From positions 1 through 64,000 of the IMG/VR virus record IMGVR_UViG_3300003322_000089: a stretch of 64,000 bases of DNA. The stretch is one strand, 5' to 3'. The translations under genes were made by a program, and so were the position numbers. The number at the start of each line of letters is the position of its first letter. The first letter of the stretch is position 1. Shown piece by piece: positions 63,330 to 64,000 of the stretch. The stretch comes from a virus. The notes under the pieces are model-generated. The model was given only the letters and a program-made list of their open reading frames with translations, did not search any database and had not been told where the DNA came from.

Positions 63330-64000
63330 AAACTCTGTTTCTTATGACCGTTGATTTGCTCCCAGTCTCTCTGGTTGAGCTATGGCTATGGGGATAGCCT
63401 TGGGTTTCACTCCCACAATTTTCCCCATTGGTTTCTAGGCCCTTTGCCTAGTTTGTAATACCCGCGAATGGGTTTGTATGGTTTCCCGTAGGGGAAGCTT
63501 GCGTAGCATTGTGAGCGAAATAGCCCCGCGCTTAGGGCACTGAGGACCGCTCTTAAAGTTCCTCATAGGTTTCCAAAGAACCTACCCAATTAGTCCCGTG
63601 ACAGGGAACAAGGGAAATCAGAGCTAGGTGATAAGCCCAATTTGTCACTCTGTAGAAATGCTCCATTCGGGTTCTTCCGGCATACAGGGGCTAAGTACAT
63701 AGGGTGTCATTTCCGGCTGATACATCAAAGCGGACTGGTATATGTCCGTGCCACTAATCCACCATGACGGAAGTTGTGAGATAGGATGGATAGCGAAAGC
63801 AAGGGGGCGGCAATAGAGCGGCAAAACGATATTAGTTTTCCAGTGTCTTGAGAACTGCCCTATTTGTCGATCCAATTCAGCGCCTAGCATGTGTGATTAC
63901 TCGTTCCCCTGAAATGACAAGACGGTAGCCGAAAGGGTGGCCGGTTCTCATATCCATCGTACACACACAAATAAGGGTTCATGCCGATTTGTTTCCATCC
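63330..64000. ncRNA. Candidate structured non-coding RNA region (class and strand unknown; runs off the window)
   Basis: About 670 nt with no plausible ORF. The only ORF is an 81-aa W/C/P-rich reading frame. GC is visibly higher than the flanks. There are several perfect 5-6-bp local hairpins. Confidence 0.3.

Noticed and set aside
62900-64000. A phage-host junction (prophage end) explaining the composition change.
   Set aside because: There is no integrase, att-like tRNA fragment or cellular gene. A small phage-type zinc-ribbon gene (63196..63327) lies inside it. This cannot be excluded without sequence beyond the window.

Overview
This 64-kb window looks like most of a tailed dsDNA phage genome. 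It is coding-dense and AT-rich by eye, with no cellular housekeeping genes. It has two convergent arms. The plus-strand arm (1-35565) carries early/accessory genes, nucleotide metabolism (ThyX-like, intron-split class II RNR, glutaredoxin, MazG, HD, SLOG/DUF2493, C5-MTase-like) and a T7-type replisome (primase-helicase, family A polymerase, gp2.5-like SSB, FEN, endonuclease I). The minus-strand arm (35641-61911) carries TerS, TerL, portal, scaffold, capsid, tail, a lysis cassette and large ejection/internal virion proteins. The arms meet at back-to-back terminators (35575-35642) and diverge from a ~1-kb AT-rich, repeat-laden non-coding hub (61912-62900). No RNA polymerase or integrase is visible. 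The most unusual region is 3.1-16.4 kb. There, 15 small diverged ORFs all end in the same C-terminal peptide, (P)YDPTQ[AVM]GD[TQ]x[DE]DI-stop. They are interleaved with eight enzymes of gamma-glutamyl / amide-bond chemistry: 2 GGCT-like, 1 C26/GATase-1-like, 2 Ntn GAT-II, 2 glutamine-synthetase-fold COOH-NH2 ligases and 1 RimK-like ATP-grasp. I interpret this as a candidate phage protein C-terminal tagging system with its own family of tail-bearing substrates or adaptors; this is inference, not shown. Other notable items: a lipoprotein gene split by a ~400-bp inversion; a group I intron with a LAGLIDADG ORF at the RNR catalytic NPC|CE codons; a recurring ~22-nt intergenic motif; two consensus sigma70-type promoters; tRNA-Arg(UCU) and tRNA-Gln(UUG); a GC-rich chimeric gene between terminase and portal; and an ORF-poor, GC-elevated segment at the right edge (63.3-64.0 kb) that may encode a structured RNA. 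All protein family calls come from motif recognition by eye and memory; no searches were run.
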